DNA of 64,000 nt, from positions 7,063-71,062 of the forward strand of contig NW_004798181.1 of assembly GCF_000002075.1 (NCBI RefSeq). The letters run 5' to 3'. Of this stretch, positions 14,125-27,329 are shown piece after piece; the stretch's first letter is position 1, and each line of letters begins with the position of its first letter. Position numbers and translations under genes: made by a program. The stretch comes from Aplysia californica. Taxonomy: Eukaryota. A model generated the notes under the pieces. That model searched no databases. It was not told where the DNA came from and saw only the letters and a program-made list of their open reading frames with translations.

Positions 14125-15661
14125 CTGTCGGAAAGAAATTGGCTGTTTGTTAGAATACTGTATACTGGGTTTTTCCTTGAACAACCTGAATTCCCAATTT
14201 TCACATCTTTAAATAAAGAGATTCACAAATTCAAGCCGTTTGAGAAAAGCTGAAGTTAAAATGAGAAAAGACATGACACTGGGCAACTCATATTGTGAAT
14301 CTATAATATTCACAAAATATGAAACGGGCAAAACAGGGGAAAAATGCACAGTATGTTTTACTGCGCTATCAGAATTATCATCACAATTCGGTCAGGTTGG
14401 GTCAGTAGTCTAGTAGTTAGACACCGGACTTGTAATCATGACATTGCACATTACAGGGTCTGAGGCTCAGGTCATAATTTACGATTAGTTACAAATGACT
14501 GATGGAAATGGAATTAAAGACAAAAATAGAATTTTATGCATATGCAAATCCCATCAGGGTTCCCCCATTGGTCGACCCCCCCCCAAATAAAATAAACGGA
14601 GGGCTCAGATTTTATCGGAGTACTTGGCAGCTCCATTATAGTGAGTTTCTACAGCTTTCCAGACAAAAAAGATTTTCCTCACTCTATTAAGATCTTCCTC
14701 ACCACTGGCACAGGTCCACAACTTGCAGTGAACAGACCCAGAAATAACCTTGATCTACTACGCAGGGCTGCCCACCCACCAGCATATGTTTTAGCAATCA
14801 AAAGATAGAAAATTAGTACACGGCTTAAAAATTCGAAATATGGCCATGGAAAATCATCTTCGATGGGGGTGTCAAGGACAGAGGTTGTGGTCCAGTGAAG
14901 TATAAATGTAACGTAAACAAAGGCGTAATTATACAAAAGGGCAGGAATTTTCTAACACTTTGTCAATCTAACGTTTGCCTTACTCCTGGCTTTGACAATT
15001 CAATGCTAGTCTAAAGTCCAATGTTTTTCTTACGGGCAAAGTGGCAATGAGCGATCGCAAGGGCTCATTGCTAAGACGGTGTCAATATACTGTTTAAAGT
15101 TAGACAGGTGCACGTGATGTAAACTGTCCGAGTGTGAAAGATTTTTTTTTCTATTGTTCTCCCCTTATGCAGTACTAGCTGAGCCCCCTTTTGATGAAAG
15201 GAATGATCGGTGCATTGACGTCAGCCGAAAGTCATTGGCTTATGATATTTACGTTCTACCGGAATGGAGCAAATCTTGAGAGATGCAAAAATTAGAAGGT
15301 TTAGATCTATACTCTCAAAACAGTGCGCACGGTTAGTGAACGGAAACCTACTTTTCTAAAATTACAGAGACAGAAGCGTCGGCCAACAAAAGCGATCGGC
15401 GAAATAAAGAAATTTAATTTTTAGCAGCAAAACTGTCTCGAAACTGAAAAAACGAAGGGCGTCATGAACTGGAGAATATTTTAAAGAATCTTTTGGCGAA
15501 AACCACATGTCGATCGATGCAGCCATTAAAAAACCTTTTGAATAGCAAAATTCGGCCACCATAAATAGATAATAGATACTCCCGGAAGGTTGACAGTGGG
15601 TTGGGGTACCCAAAATGTTTTTTAAAAATCGGTATCAGGGGTAGTACAATCGCATTTTCAT

Positions 15662-16068
15662 GTTGTTGTTGATTTCAAATCCATTTAGATGCGAGCATTT
15701 CGCTCTTGGCAGCTCAATGCCTCCCTCAAGTAACGACATGTCCTTGTCATCTGGTCAATGCCAGAGTAGAGCAGGCTATGTAAGTCTGTAGGTGTGTGTA
15801 GGAGCCTGCGTTGAAGAACTGCCAGGTTTGGGCAGTGAAGGAGAAGATGTTCAACGGTCTCCTCGTGGTAGTTACAGTGTCTGCAATGGGGTTCCCACAT
15901 GGGGTTAATTCTGTTTATGTGCTTGTTGGTGTGTAAGTGACCTGTGCGGGCTCTAAAGATCAATGTCTGATCGGCTCTACATAAAAGATTCAAAGGGTCT
16001 TTGGGGTTGGGTTTGTCCATGTACCTGAAAAGAGATCATCCTGTTTCTGCGTTGGCCAATCTGTTTAT
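15662..16068 (-). mobile_element. 5'-truncated LINE (I/Ingi/Nimb group) 3' end, in an intron of gene D
   Basis: IFRARTGH...CRHC...ETVEHLLLHC is the C-terminal CCHC motif. (CAA)n tail; TSD atcg(c/t)attttcat. Confidence 0.8.
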
Positions 16069-16173
16069 CGTATTTTCATAAAAATCGTAACAATTCCACA
16101 AAATTAGCAATGATGGGCAGCCCTGCTACATGATCACAGCACCCACCAACCACCCGTACCCACATGCACTCAC

Positions 16174-16473
16174 CACAGAGCACACACCGCCAAGCACCCC
16201 GTTGTGGTGCGCGCTGCCTGCGTAGTGGTGGTGGTGGTGGTTACGTTTGTTTACCTCGGCAGCCTGCGTGCGAGATAGGAAGCCGCGTGGGAGGTCGCCA
16301 TTGACCTTGTCGCCAGGGATAGGTATGGACGGACTCTGAGACAAGCCGTGCTGTGATGACATCATCCACGCCGAGAGAGGCGGGACCTCTGATGACGGGA
16401 ACGCGGCGCTCTGAGCAGACATGAGAGGAGGAGGCATATCCTTGAGACAGCCCGGTAGACCCTCAAGCTGAGT
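16174..16473 (-). CDS. Gene D coding exon 3 (TQLEGLPGCLKDMPPPLM...NHHHHHYAGSAHHNGVLGGVCSV)
   Basis: Acceptor tctctctctgcctag| (or cag| 6 nt further on). Donor GTG|gtgagt at 16174; alternative donor GAG|gtaaac at 16255. All are phase 0. Confidence 0.8.
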
Positions 16474-16575
16474 CTAGGCAGAGAGAGATGGGTTTTTTGT
16501 TTGGTTTTTCTTTAAATAGGTGATTTTTACACCTCCATCAAAACAATGTAGAGAGAAGCATGTCAACACAATAAC

Positions 16576-16757
16576 AGTTTTAGTTTTAGTAGAGGTTTTA
16601 CGGCGCTCGCAACTGCATAAGGTCATATGAGCGACAGAAGATTAGAGGTGTTACGAAAGAGTAACAAACATAAAAAAGAAGTAGGGGAGATAAGGACGAT
16701 AGATGTTTGATAGGAAAGAAGAAGCAAACCACACCAGAGCCCCCGCCAACCACCCAC
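16576..16757 (-). mobile_element. SINE-like family 1 (~185 bp, starts GGGTGGTTGGCGGGTGCTCTGGTGTGG); other copies ~1283-1450, ~3615-3805, ~9405-9588, 26073-26258 (all -), ~47567-47742, ~49285-49477, ~49572-49700 (+)
   Basis: Many near-identical copies with an (ACTAAA)n tail. Clear TSDs at the 26073 copy (agatggagata) and the 47567 copy (aaatgac.gagagaaagag). Confidence 0.85.
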
Positions 16758-17803
16758 ACGCAACAACAGTCACAATCTAACACGTACGTAGACGTCAGAC
16801 AGAACTGAGCCCCGAACCAACCCGCAATCTTTCTTTTTCATATCCACCGGCCTAAACGCTACTAGACTACCAACCCCATGCAAAATCAGGATCGGCCAAC
16901 ACTTTATACAAAGGAAGGAAACAAAATAAGAGACAGACTCTACCCTGTGAACGCTGGCTGCCTGAGTCTCCTTGGGAAAAACTGCTATTTATAGATTTCC
17001 CCCCATGGTATGCCTAGATGTGTTCTTTTGTCTGTTCGGTGTGCCTGTGTTCTGTGGGCCCCCTTCATAGCCCACCTTTCAGAACACCTGAGTGGAACTT
17101 TGAGTCTGAACTACACTGTTAAGCACTTCCCAAGATCGATTATCTTCTTTTTTTTTCGGAAGGAAAAAGCATTCTTTGCTTGTTTCAGTGGTAGATGATA
17201 ATATAGTGTAAAGTGCACAGAACTTGCAATCGAGCAGGGAAATGCATTATACAATTACAAATTCAATTTATTATTATTATTATTACTCGTTGGGGTACAG
17301 TTAACAAAACATTAAAGCCATTTTTTCCCATAAATAACAATTTGAAAAAGAAGCCCTTTTATTCTATATTAAGAAACATGTAAGTAGGTGCCCATGGACA
17401 AAGCAAATATCTTAATTCTAGAATCAAGATCAATGTTCAAAATCAAAGTCTTTTCAAAGAAATAAATACATAATGAATAGTAATTAATCATGAAAAAGTA
17501 AGTATGGATAGGAATTTTTTTTTTCCAATCATCTCCTTAAGCCTTGAAATAATAGATTCATTACAGAGTACGGATGTAGGAATGCCATTTGGATTTACTT
17601 GGAAATAAATGAAAATTTATGCAGTTGCATATATGTGCAAAACAAAACAAAAAATTAGTAACAACTAATATGGGGTTAAACAGCTAACAAATGTTCAGAA
17701 TAATACCAGTTCTTCTGGTGAAAATAATGGAAATCCAGGGAAAAACAAATAAATGGCATCAAAGTATGCACAAATGCCCAACCTTAGAGAATGTTAAACG
17801 TAC

Positions 17804-17881
17804 CTGCACTTCGAACTGATGGTCTCCATTCTCAGGAGGCCAGACGCAAACACGCTTCGAGGGAGCAGTGAGCATTTCAGC
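17804..17881 (-). CDS. Gene D coding exon 2 (AEMLTAPSKRVCVWPPENGDHQFEVQ)
   Basis: Acceptor ttctcattgtgtccacag|, donor CAG|gtacgt. 78 nt, phase 0 to 0. Confidence 0.8.
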
Positions 17882-18219
17882 CTGTGGACACAATGAGAAC
17901 CTAATTCATTTTCAAAAGAACCAAACCCTATTTTTAGGCTGAATGACTGTACTAAAAATATAGGCAGTATAAACAAAGCACCTAAGGCGACCTACAGCTT
18001 TCTGAGTGGGTTGTTAAAGGCCGATTTACACTGTTTTTCTGTTTCCTTTGCTTTGTTGTAATAAAACACCAAACGCTGTTCACCTTTAAAAAATTAAGCT
18101 TTTCCTTATCAGGGATGAGAATGGCATCACAAAAAGACTGAAAACTAGGGAAAGTAATGGAAAACCAGCATTCCTGACCTCACATGTCTGCAAGCCACGA
18201 CCACAAAATCCAAACTGAC

Positions 18220-18351
18220 CTCACACAGAGCTGTCTTGTCATTCACATCTCCCGGGACTTTGCGCTTCTGCGTCAAGCCACGATGGGAAAACGCTGCCAT
18301 GTCTCCAAACCCGAACCCATCCATATTCTGACTGTGAGACAGCGGCATCAT
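18220..18351 (-). CDS. Gene D first recognisable coding exon (MMPLSHSQNMDGFGFG...QKRKVPGDVNDKTALCE); the exon itself begins at 18377
   Basis: Acceptor tgatcaacag| at 18377, donor GAG|gtcagt. The frame is open to the acceptor, so an upstream start cannot be excluded. Confidence 0.75.
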
Positions 18352-18898
18352 GAAAGATGAATCTCTGGATATCAGACCTGTTGATCAATATGATGAACAA
18401 TTAACATAGATAAGCACCAGCTGTTTTTTAAGAAGTTAATTTTTAAAATTGACTCTTCAATTTTTGTTTTGTGGCTGTGAAATGCACAGTCAGCATTCTC
18501 CGGTTTGGGCCCCAAGAGCACTGGATATACATCGATACTTACTGACTTAGTACTCAGTATCGGTGTTTTATAATCTGAAAGAGAGCGAGAGATGCGCTGC
18601 TATTTTTCAGTACAAAATTAGCAGTAACTTAATATTTTTTAACGTATTTTTAACAAGGAGGGTTTTAGGGGGGCTTACTTGGATATGGTGGTCCCAACTT
18701 TTGTGACAGGGAAATATAACTTAACCTAAAGAAAATCTAGATTAGAACAATTACTTCTGGTTCTAAGTCTAAACAATTACTTTTTGATTCGCGTGCCGGA
18801 GAGATAGCCTTTCAAACCTAATTGCAAAAAAACATCAAGTCGTGGTCAAATTCAGAGGGGCATGCCCCCCTGAACCACCCCATGTTTTTTTTTTTTTT

Positions 18899-19395
18899 AG
18901 GCCACCTCTATTCTCACCCGGAGTGAGAATAGTGCAGGCGAGTCTTGTGGCTATTCTCACCCGGTGCGCGTTCACCAAATTTTGCGTTCACACTAAACCA
19001 CAGAATTCTACACTGTGATAACAGAAAAATTGTAGAATTCTGTGCCGTGAACAAACGTTCCATTACAATTGTAGCCTACTAAAAGCGTACAATTTTGTCT
19101 GTGGGCAGTGGAGAGAGAGAGAGAAAGAGAGAGAGGAGTAGCGCGAGAATTTCCGGGCAAAACAAAATGGCGACCCGCGTAGTTCGGCTCGATTCGAAAA
19201 GTTAAATAGCCATAGCATCTTTGTGGACAACTAAATTTATTTACTTTTGTGTTTTAACATCATTTTTTAACTTTGTTTTGGTCAATTTGATCGTCCACAC
19301 CGATAGACAGTATTCAGAAAGAGACGGAGAGAGAGAGAAGAGGGGAGGAGTTGATCTTGCGAGAACTTCCGGGCGGGTGAGAATAGCCACTTTCT
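18899..19395 (+). mobile_element. Helentron/HINE-like non-autonomous element
   Basis: T-runs on both flanks. Hairpin ctattctcac-ccgga-gtgagaatag (18908-18932). 17-bp inverted repeat gtggctattctcacccg (18947-18963) / cgggtgagaatagccac (19374-19390). Internal (GA)n. Confidence 0.5.
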
Positions 19396-19649
19396 TTTTT
19401 TAAGTCAGGGGGGGCTTTCTGACTTTGTGAAAAACAAGTGAAATTTTACTGCTCATTTTGTAGGCTAGATTTAGAATCTAGGCTACTGATAAAACATAAA
19501 ACATTGATACCGACTATTTGAATCAGTATCGATATTTCAGTTGCCTACACTTACACTACACAAAAGTCTGGATCACCATCCAAGTCCAAGTAGTGCCAGA
19601 TCTAATCACATGCGATTAAAAGTAGAAATGATGCAAACTATTTTTAGGT

Positions 19650-20270
19650 AAGGCGCCCATCTTGTTTGACGTCAGACCAGGATACCCCTCCGATCACGTG
19701 ACTACATCTAAGTATAGACAACCGCACGGCACCAAAGATGGAAGTGTCTATGTATATATTATGCTTAATCTACACCATTTTTCGGAAGTTCTGATAGCTG
19801 ATTTGATAGCGCGTCTGCGTTTGATGTCGAGCAATGACTTTTGGAGCGGTTCGATTCCGGTCCCGGACAGTTTTTCTTTTCTCTTTTCCTCCTCCCGACT
19901 GACCAACAGTTCCATAAATTATAGGCCTAATTTGTAGAGTTACTTTGACTTTGAAGTTGTTTATTTTTTAAAATGTATTAGTGATTAAAAATGCAGGAGG
20001 GGGGGGGGGTTGGTAGATCTAAATTTAGATATCTAGATCTAGATCTAGAACTAGATATTATCTAGATTTCTAGTCCTCCTGCGTCTTTACGGCAATTTTC
20101 GTGCGGTCTTCCATCATGTCCAGGTAGGCCTAATAGATCTAGATCTAGATTAGATCTAGGCTAGAAAATCCGAAATGTTACCGAAAACACGTCGTTCCAT
20201 GTGGGTATCCCAGGAAGTGATGACATTACATTACTAAAATTAGCAGCCAATCAGAAAGATGCGTCATTTC
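19650..20270. promoter_or_regulatory. Probable promoter region of gene D
   Basis: CRE TGACGTCA (19667-74), E-box ATCACGTGAC (19693-702), YY1-like AAGATGG on -, CAGGAAGT ETS-like (~20211) and AGCCAATCAG CCAAT box (~20245). A candidate 5'UTR donor gtaagt lies at 19554-49 (-). Part of this could be TE-derived. Confidence 0.5.
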
Positions 20271-23200
20271 TAAGTTTAACGGCATGTGATCTAATCTAGC
20301 CTAAGACCTAAGACCTAAGATCTTGAAATAAGATGTTTTGGCACTTAAGTTAGAAATACAAGAGGCTGTATGCCTTCCTATCAACAAAACCGACCATATA
20401 AGTCAGAAGTACGGGTCAGTTTGTCAAAGAATGCATGCACCAGTGCCGAAGACTAAACCACTGGCGACCACGCTTGAGGCGCTGACCGGTGACGATAGAC
20501 AAACGTTGGGAGTCCGAAATGTGCCGGTAGTTCGAAAACAGGAGTGGAGCTATACAATGGCATGGTAATAAAACTAAGTCGGTCAAACATGAAGTAATGA
20601 CCAGCCTGTTTTCAGTTTACAAATTACCTTTTGACATAAACACCTTGTGTATGATCTTGGCGTTCAATCTTGAACAACGCGTTTTGTTTTGACTTTCCTC
20701 GCGTCTCCCTCAAGCTTTTCGTCTGATCCAAATTTAGTGCTCCAGTCACTTACAGCTTTTAAAAACATACATTTTAATTTCAAAGTATACAAATTTTAGG
20801 ACATTCTACAAACATTTCAGGGTATCAAAGTTCATAGAAATTTAGCTATTAAGATATTTTAAAAGTGTGTTTACTAAAAGTTAGCAATAAACGTCTGTTC
20901 TTAACGTTGTAAGTGGAATCCGTTTGTTTTCTTCCGGACAAAGGGGAAAGGCCGTACCATAGATATATTCTGTGACTGAGACATACTAGTTTGAACACTG
21001 TCATGGCCACCGCTCTCTTTAAAAAAAGGTAAACCTTCAGTGTACGCTTCACCGTATTATTTTATCGCACCTTTTCGGCCAAATGAGAGCAATTCAAGGA
21101 AGTTGCATTGTTTTGAGGTCCTTAAGGGGCAATCTTTAAGTAGCCTATGTCCTGTGCAAGTGCTCTGACTTGGGTTTCAAAACATTTTACTGAAGGGTAT
21201 CTAGATATAGATTTAGATCTAGCATGTATACCTATGCAATATTTTCTCGTAACAATTATTTCTTACTAAAGCCTTTGATCGAATAAGTCTCTGAAAAAAA
21301 AAGAAAACTAATTGAAAAAGTACGCTACTACCTTTAACTACTATTAGTAACAGCAGCTAGGCAATGGTGAGATCAACACTGTACACAGTTTTCATAGTCA
21401 CAAACTCAGTCCCGGGGGGAAAAGGGGGGGGGGTATTAGTCCCGGGGGGGTGGGAGGGGGGGGGGGTATTCCTTTCTTTATACTTTATTTATTTCTAGCT
21501 GTGTGCAGTCTGTAGGCTTCATTTAACCTACCTACTTTTTTTTCCAATTAAAACGAAAAAATCAATTGAGAGAGGGTTTTTTTTAATCATTGTTTTTCTA
21601 AAGGTAAATTTTATACAGCAACATTGACTTGAGGATTGAGGAAGACACATATTCTCACTATAGAGTGAAGTGCACACGGCACCTTATGCCCCCTTCCCTT
21701 ACCTTTCATTTTGGCTCTCATTATAACGCGCTCCATCTTACAATGAATTCCTGGAACGTCAAAATGCGCAATCTATGGGGAAAGCACGCTCAAACATGTT
21801 CTAATAATAGACATGATGGCTATGTTTCCGTGTATAGTGTTTGAGTACGGTAAGCTAAGATGACTTTTTTTTTACGATGTAGGCCTTTCGGAATCGGAAG
21901 GATATTGACAATAAATAATTCCTGATTAACATTAGAGAGGATACACTGATTTATTTTTCACGGCCACCTTTAAAATAATTTTTTTATTTTTTATTTTCAT
22001 TCCTCATGGCCGCGCAGAGTTCTTTTTTGTACTGTTCCCATGTAAATGTAACACCATTTTACTTCTTTTGTTATTATGCTTACCTTTGCCTTTAGTCGTT
22101 AGCCTTATTTAATTATATGAAGTGCAAGCTGTCTAGTTGTACCTATAGGCTACTTTTGTCTAGTAAAATTTTGGAACTATAGATGAAAAATAAAAGCGCA
22201 TATAATTCACGACCATAATAATAGATCATTATCAATTGAACATGTCAGAACCCGCCCCCCCCCCCCCCCCCCCCCCCGAATCTATATCTTTGTCTGTCTA
22301 TCCCTTTCTCTGTCTCTCTAGGGGGGGGGGGGTCATATTCAGATGCTACCATGTCATAATTAATTTAATCTTCTTTTTAAAAAATAGGTGTAGCCCAAGG
22401 AGTTTGGTGTAGCCTCTACTGTCTCGCTGTAATTCTACAATTGCTATATTTCCAAAGAAATTATATTGACGCTGTTAGCATTTGTTTTTGTATAATTTGT
22501 TGTTGAAGTAGAGGGTCGAAATAAAAGTTATGATTTTAAACAGATACCCATTTTANNNNNNNNNNNNNNNNNNNNNNNNNNNNNNNNNNNNNNNNNNNNN
22601 NNNNNNNNNNNNNNNNNNNNNNNNNNNNNNNNNNNNNNNNNNNNNNNNNNNNNNNNNNNNNNNNNNNNNNNNNNNNNNNNNNNNNNNNNNNNNNNNNNNN
22701 NNNNNNNNNNNNNNNNNNNNNNNNNNNNNNNNNNNNNNNNNNNNCCAGAAGGGCACTTTGTTTTACAATGGCACACATACATACATAAATACATAATTAT
22801 AAATACGTATACATACATATATACATACATGCATAAATACATATAAATACACACTATTACACAAATACAGAACAGTTTACAAACAATGCCACTGTCGGTC
22901 GCCACTGTGCAGCGCCCGGTGATTTGAGCGAGGGTTGTCGTGTCTTGCTCAAGGACACACTCCAGAGACCACCCATCTGATCCCCGTGTCACCGACACTT
23001 GCTTTAACTTTAAGTCTAAGACTAAAACTAAGAGCGTTTTCTTTATTTTTTGTGTTGTTTTGTTTTGTTTGTTTTGGAGTTGTTGTTTTTTACCCTTTCC
23101 CAACCGGATAGGCAATATTATAATGTATACACCCACTGACCACTTTGAAAGGACGTAACTCCGTATGCGTTCAATGATATTCAATCCACACACTTTTACT

Positions 23201-24024
23201 TCTTTGTCATCCTCAAATGTGGTGTGTTTAACGTTACGCTGTGATCTATCAGAATGTTCAAATGATAAATGTGTGGGAGATCGACTTACTGTTAAAAAAA
23301 ATTTTATGGCGATTATATTCCTACCGGGTGGGTACGTTGTCCACCCATACACTTATGTCACTTTGTATAGACTTTATGGAGAGGATGATCAGACAGGTTA
23401 ATGAGTGAAATAATCCCAACTAACAACAAGTGTGAAACAAGAATTTCGAAAAAAAAAAAAAAGTTATAGAGAGGCGTGAAATAAATGGAATTAACTTTTA
23501 ATTTTCCACAGAAACTTGAAACGTGAACAGAAATAAGGAGACAATTAAGTTTAAATTAAGCTATTGTCAAGGTGCGAGCTGATCACTCCCTCTCAAAAAG
23601 GCATGCCGTCGGGACCATGGCCCGGGGCGGTGCTTCTGACTCAAGTGTCTTTAGGCCATTCCAAAGGTGGGGGGGGGGGGGGGGGGGGGGGGGGGGCGCA
23701 ATTAAACCATGTTCTTATGCAAAGTAGAATTGTAATTTTGTACATGGGCTGATTCATCAATGTCAATGTCATGCTCATAACTGCCTGAACTGCTGCTTTT
23801 TCTTTCCTAATCCTTGCTATCGTCATTTCCCTCTACCGGTACTTCTTTTCTTTAGTATGTTTGTCACTCTCTTGTCAACTGCTATCTCCGGGTGCTTTGA
23901 TAGTCGACTTTGTGCTGTCTAGAAAGGTGAGCAGAGTAAGCCCGATTCCCTGTAAGGACTTCTCTGTTGACGTCCACCCCTTGGCGCTCATATGACCTTA
24001 TGCAGTTGTGAGCCCCGTTTGACT

Positions 24025-24300
24025 CGCGACCGCAATGTCGTGGGTTTGAATCCCGTCAGGGGACCAACATTGTGTCCTATTGGGAAAGGCATTTTACACT
24101 AATCACATGTATTATTTTCCTCACATCACCTTTGTGGGAATGGGTACCCAGTTCAAGTCATATTATAATTTAAATAGATAGTGAAAGATCTTGTCAGTTC
24201 GTTTGTGTTTGAGCACTTAATCAGCTGCTTGCACTGTATGCTTCCCGGGAAGGTGAGAATGTTTCTGAGTGTTGTATGGTCTGCTGGGGTAATAATATAG
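24025..24300 (+). mobile_element. tRNA-derived SINE with CORE/Meta-like domain
   Basis: B-box GGTTTGAATCCC, then gtgtcctattgggaaaggcattttacac...gggtaccc...gctgcttgcactgtatgcttcc. Head region is also seen at ~46200-46270. Confidence 0.6.
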
Positions 24301-25699
24301 TGTGCATCTCTATTATTATAGCTTGCTGTCGAGCGGGGATGCGCTATACACATGCTATTTATTATAATTACTAACTCAATTATTCCTTGATAAGACGATA
24401 AACGCTCCCATTGACACAATTTAGGAGCAGGCTGCTTAAATCCTGTCCATAAAGGCCGACCCAGATTGACAAGGATACGTAACACACATCATGTACCCTA
24501 CATGATGTATAACAGTTTGTTACAGAGTCTCCATCTGTCTACTGGGATGTTTGTAGCCTACATATTCCCACTTCGCCTGGGTTGGTTCTGAGCCAGAGTT
24601 GAAACAGTCTACTAGCCCAACTCACCTAAGTTGTAGGGCCTACATTATTTACAGTTAAAATTCAATAAACATATACACTAATTTATTTTATATATATATA
24701 AAAATATATATATATATATATAAAATAATTTACAAAACCAATCCTTCCCCGCCACCCTACCCTGCCATATTACCTAGTCTAAAAATTCATTTCTAGTATG
24801 CAATGGGCCCTCTCCCTCAACCTGCTAATCATAACTATTACTTTTAATTAATTTGAGGGCAATTTGACTTTGTCAAGTAAAACTCATCCTTGAAGAGTAA
24901 GGGTTCAAATCCTCAAACAGCAAGCGTTAACATCCCTTCCATTTCCAATTTTCCAGCAGGTGGCTGAAAGAAGACACATCCTTCTTCTTTGTTCTCCCAC
25001 TACCGTACTGACAATCAGTCTTGCATTTTCCTAACCCCAAAATCAGTGTAGGTGAGATTCGTTTCAGAATTTGAAATCTTGTTGCAAAACCGGCACCTTC
25101 CCTTTTGAATTCCAAACAAAACTAGAGCTAAAACAACACAGAAACAAGCTGACAAAAAAGAAAAAAAACAACAAATCCCTCAAACATTTCGTAGCATTTA
25201 TTCATGGACCAGTGTGATTTTGATTCTTTTATTGGGTTTTTCTTTTTTTTGACAGGATAAATTATGGGCAATAAAATGATCATCATATATAATCATAGAG
25301 ATTGCAATTTCACAACAGAGTCTATAGAAAGACGTCTCACATTACTTGCAACATCGATGCATGCACATTTAAAGTCAAAACGACTGAAAAATCATTGGTA
25401 GAGTAGTGCCTACATCGTGGACAGAGATTCAAAGAAACAAGAAAAGAAGTAGAAAGAAGATGAAACACTTCTGTTTGTTTTAGTAAGAGTTTTGCAGCAC
25501 TTGCAACCCAATTAGATCATATAAGTGACGGAGATTAGAGGAATTACAAGAGAGTTGTAACAAACACAACAAAAGAAGGGGGAAAGATACGGACGGTAGA
25601 TGTTTCGACAGGAAAAAAAGAGAGAACAATACCACAGCAACTGTCAAAACCAACGAACACTTTTGTCATTTAATTCATATTATATTGCACAAATTGGTT

Positions 25700-26705
25700 A
25701 ATTTAAGTACCATGGCAGCATTATCCAAAACTGCAGACTGCCTTGACGACGTCCATCAAAGACTTAAAAATTCATGGATCACTATTGTGAAATAAAAACT
25801 AGATCTATCTGGAAGTCAAAGATCCTTTCATTTAAGACGAAATTAAAAATATATAATAAAGCAATATTTTGGCTGTATTGACGTATGGCTCAGAGATAGG
25901 GAAAACAAACAAAACAATTCAACGAAAAATAAAAAGCTTCCAAACAAAATATTTACGGAGAATTTTACTTATAAAATTGAATAAATTTTCTACAAATATA
26001 TGAAGTGTTGGAAAGAGCTGGAAATGAAGATACATGTATCAACACAACCATAAAAAGGAGAAGATGGAGATAGTTTAGTTTTAGTTTTAGTAGAGGTTTT
26101 ACGGCACTCGCAACTGCATAAGGCCATATTAGCACCAGAAGATTAGAGGTGTCACAAGAGAGTCACAAACATAAAAAAGAAGAAGGGGAGATAAGGACGA
26201 CAGATGTTTGATAGGAAAGAAGAAGCAGACCACACCAGAGCACCCGCTAACCACCCGCAGATGGAGATATCTAGGACATGTTCTAAGAATGCCGAAGACA
26301 AGAATGCCCTATCACACATGGTGTTGGAGACCAACTGGAAAAAATAAATCGAGGAAGGCCAAATGGAAGCTATCTGTCGCCGTGGTTTTATGCACCCTGC
26401 ATAATTTAGCAAAATTTGATCATTTTTTGCATAATTTCTGATTATTTTCCTTTATCATTCTTTGTTAAAATTAACAGAATCGCATAATTTCGCATTTTTG
26501 GGCTCAGTTTGCATAATTTCGGAATTTTTCTTGCATAAAACTACGGGGACAGAGCTATAGAAGCACAATAAGTAAGGGATGAGGCAATCACCCAGGGCCC
26601 AGGGCCTCGATTTGCCGAAATTGGAGGACGTGGCCAGGGACAGGCAACCGTGGCGTTGACTGCTCTCCGCCTTATGTACCTGACGGTATAAGGAGAGAGT
26701 AAGTC
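25700..26705 (+). mobile_element. Decayed RTE-type LINE 3' end, with a nested SINE-like element (26073-26258) and MITE (26374-26552)
   Basis: Fragments ILAVLTYGSE, KSFQTKYLRRIL, IKRRRWR|RWRYLGHVLRMP, W.PTGK..RGRP. Both nested inserts have TSDs. Confidence 0.75.
26374..26552 (+). mobile_element. 6-bp-TSD MITE copy 3
   Basis: agctat-CTGTC...GACAG-agctat. Confidence 0.85.
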
Positions 26706-27329
26706 AATGGCGTCTATTGTTGTGTGGCTATTAGTGTCAGGTTCTCAGCTATTGTATGCCAAAGACTAAGATAGCAGTTAGATTCCCACGTGCAGAGATT
26801 TTATTTTAACAAGTACAGAATAAATTAAATGATATGTTATAAATATATCTGTACAATTAACTCTGAGAAGTTGGCACATCTGATAACGAAAATAATACAC
26901 CGCATTTATACAGCACATTTCCATAATTTGCAATGGTCAAGGCGCTTTAGTAGACATTTAAATATATAAATTATAGTCTATAATGGCTTAAAAATAAAAC
27001 ATGCAGCACTTGCACACAAGGGCATATATAAAATGACTCAAATACAATACACAGGTAAATCAATGTATAGAGTTACATGAATATAGGAATACCGACAGGA
27101 ACAAAAGCGTGTATAAACAATTCATGTAAACAGTACTAGAAGTATGGATCAAAAGTGCTTTCTTGTTGTATCTCTGTTTCTAATAACAGCGAAAACATTT
27201 CATAACAAAGAGTGAGCTTAAGAAGAAGTCACACTTTCACTGTTAAAAAAAATGGAGACACGACAAGAAAGCATGGAGGTCGCGTAATGTTTCTGGCACA
27301 AGGTTTCGGTAGTCTAATCTTAAAGAATG

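Noticed and set aside
19745-19915. Short minus-strand ORF MELLVSREEEKRKEK... as a first coding exon of gene D
   Set aside because: No convincing phase-1 donor to join the 18377 acceptor; it ends in a stop and may be TE-derived.
24025-24065. tRNA genes (also ~4850-4920, ~14395-14475)
   Set aside because: Only A/B-box-like remnants attached to SINE bodies; no complete cloverleaf.
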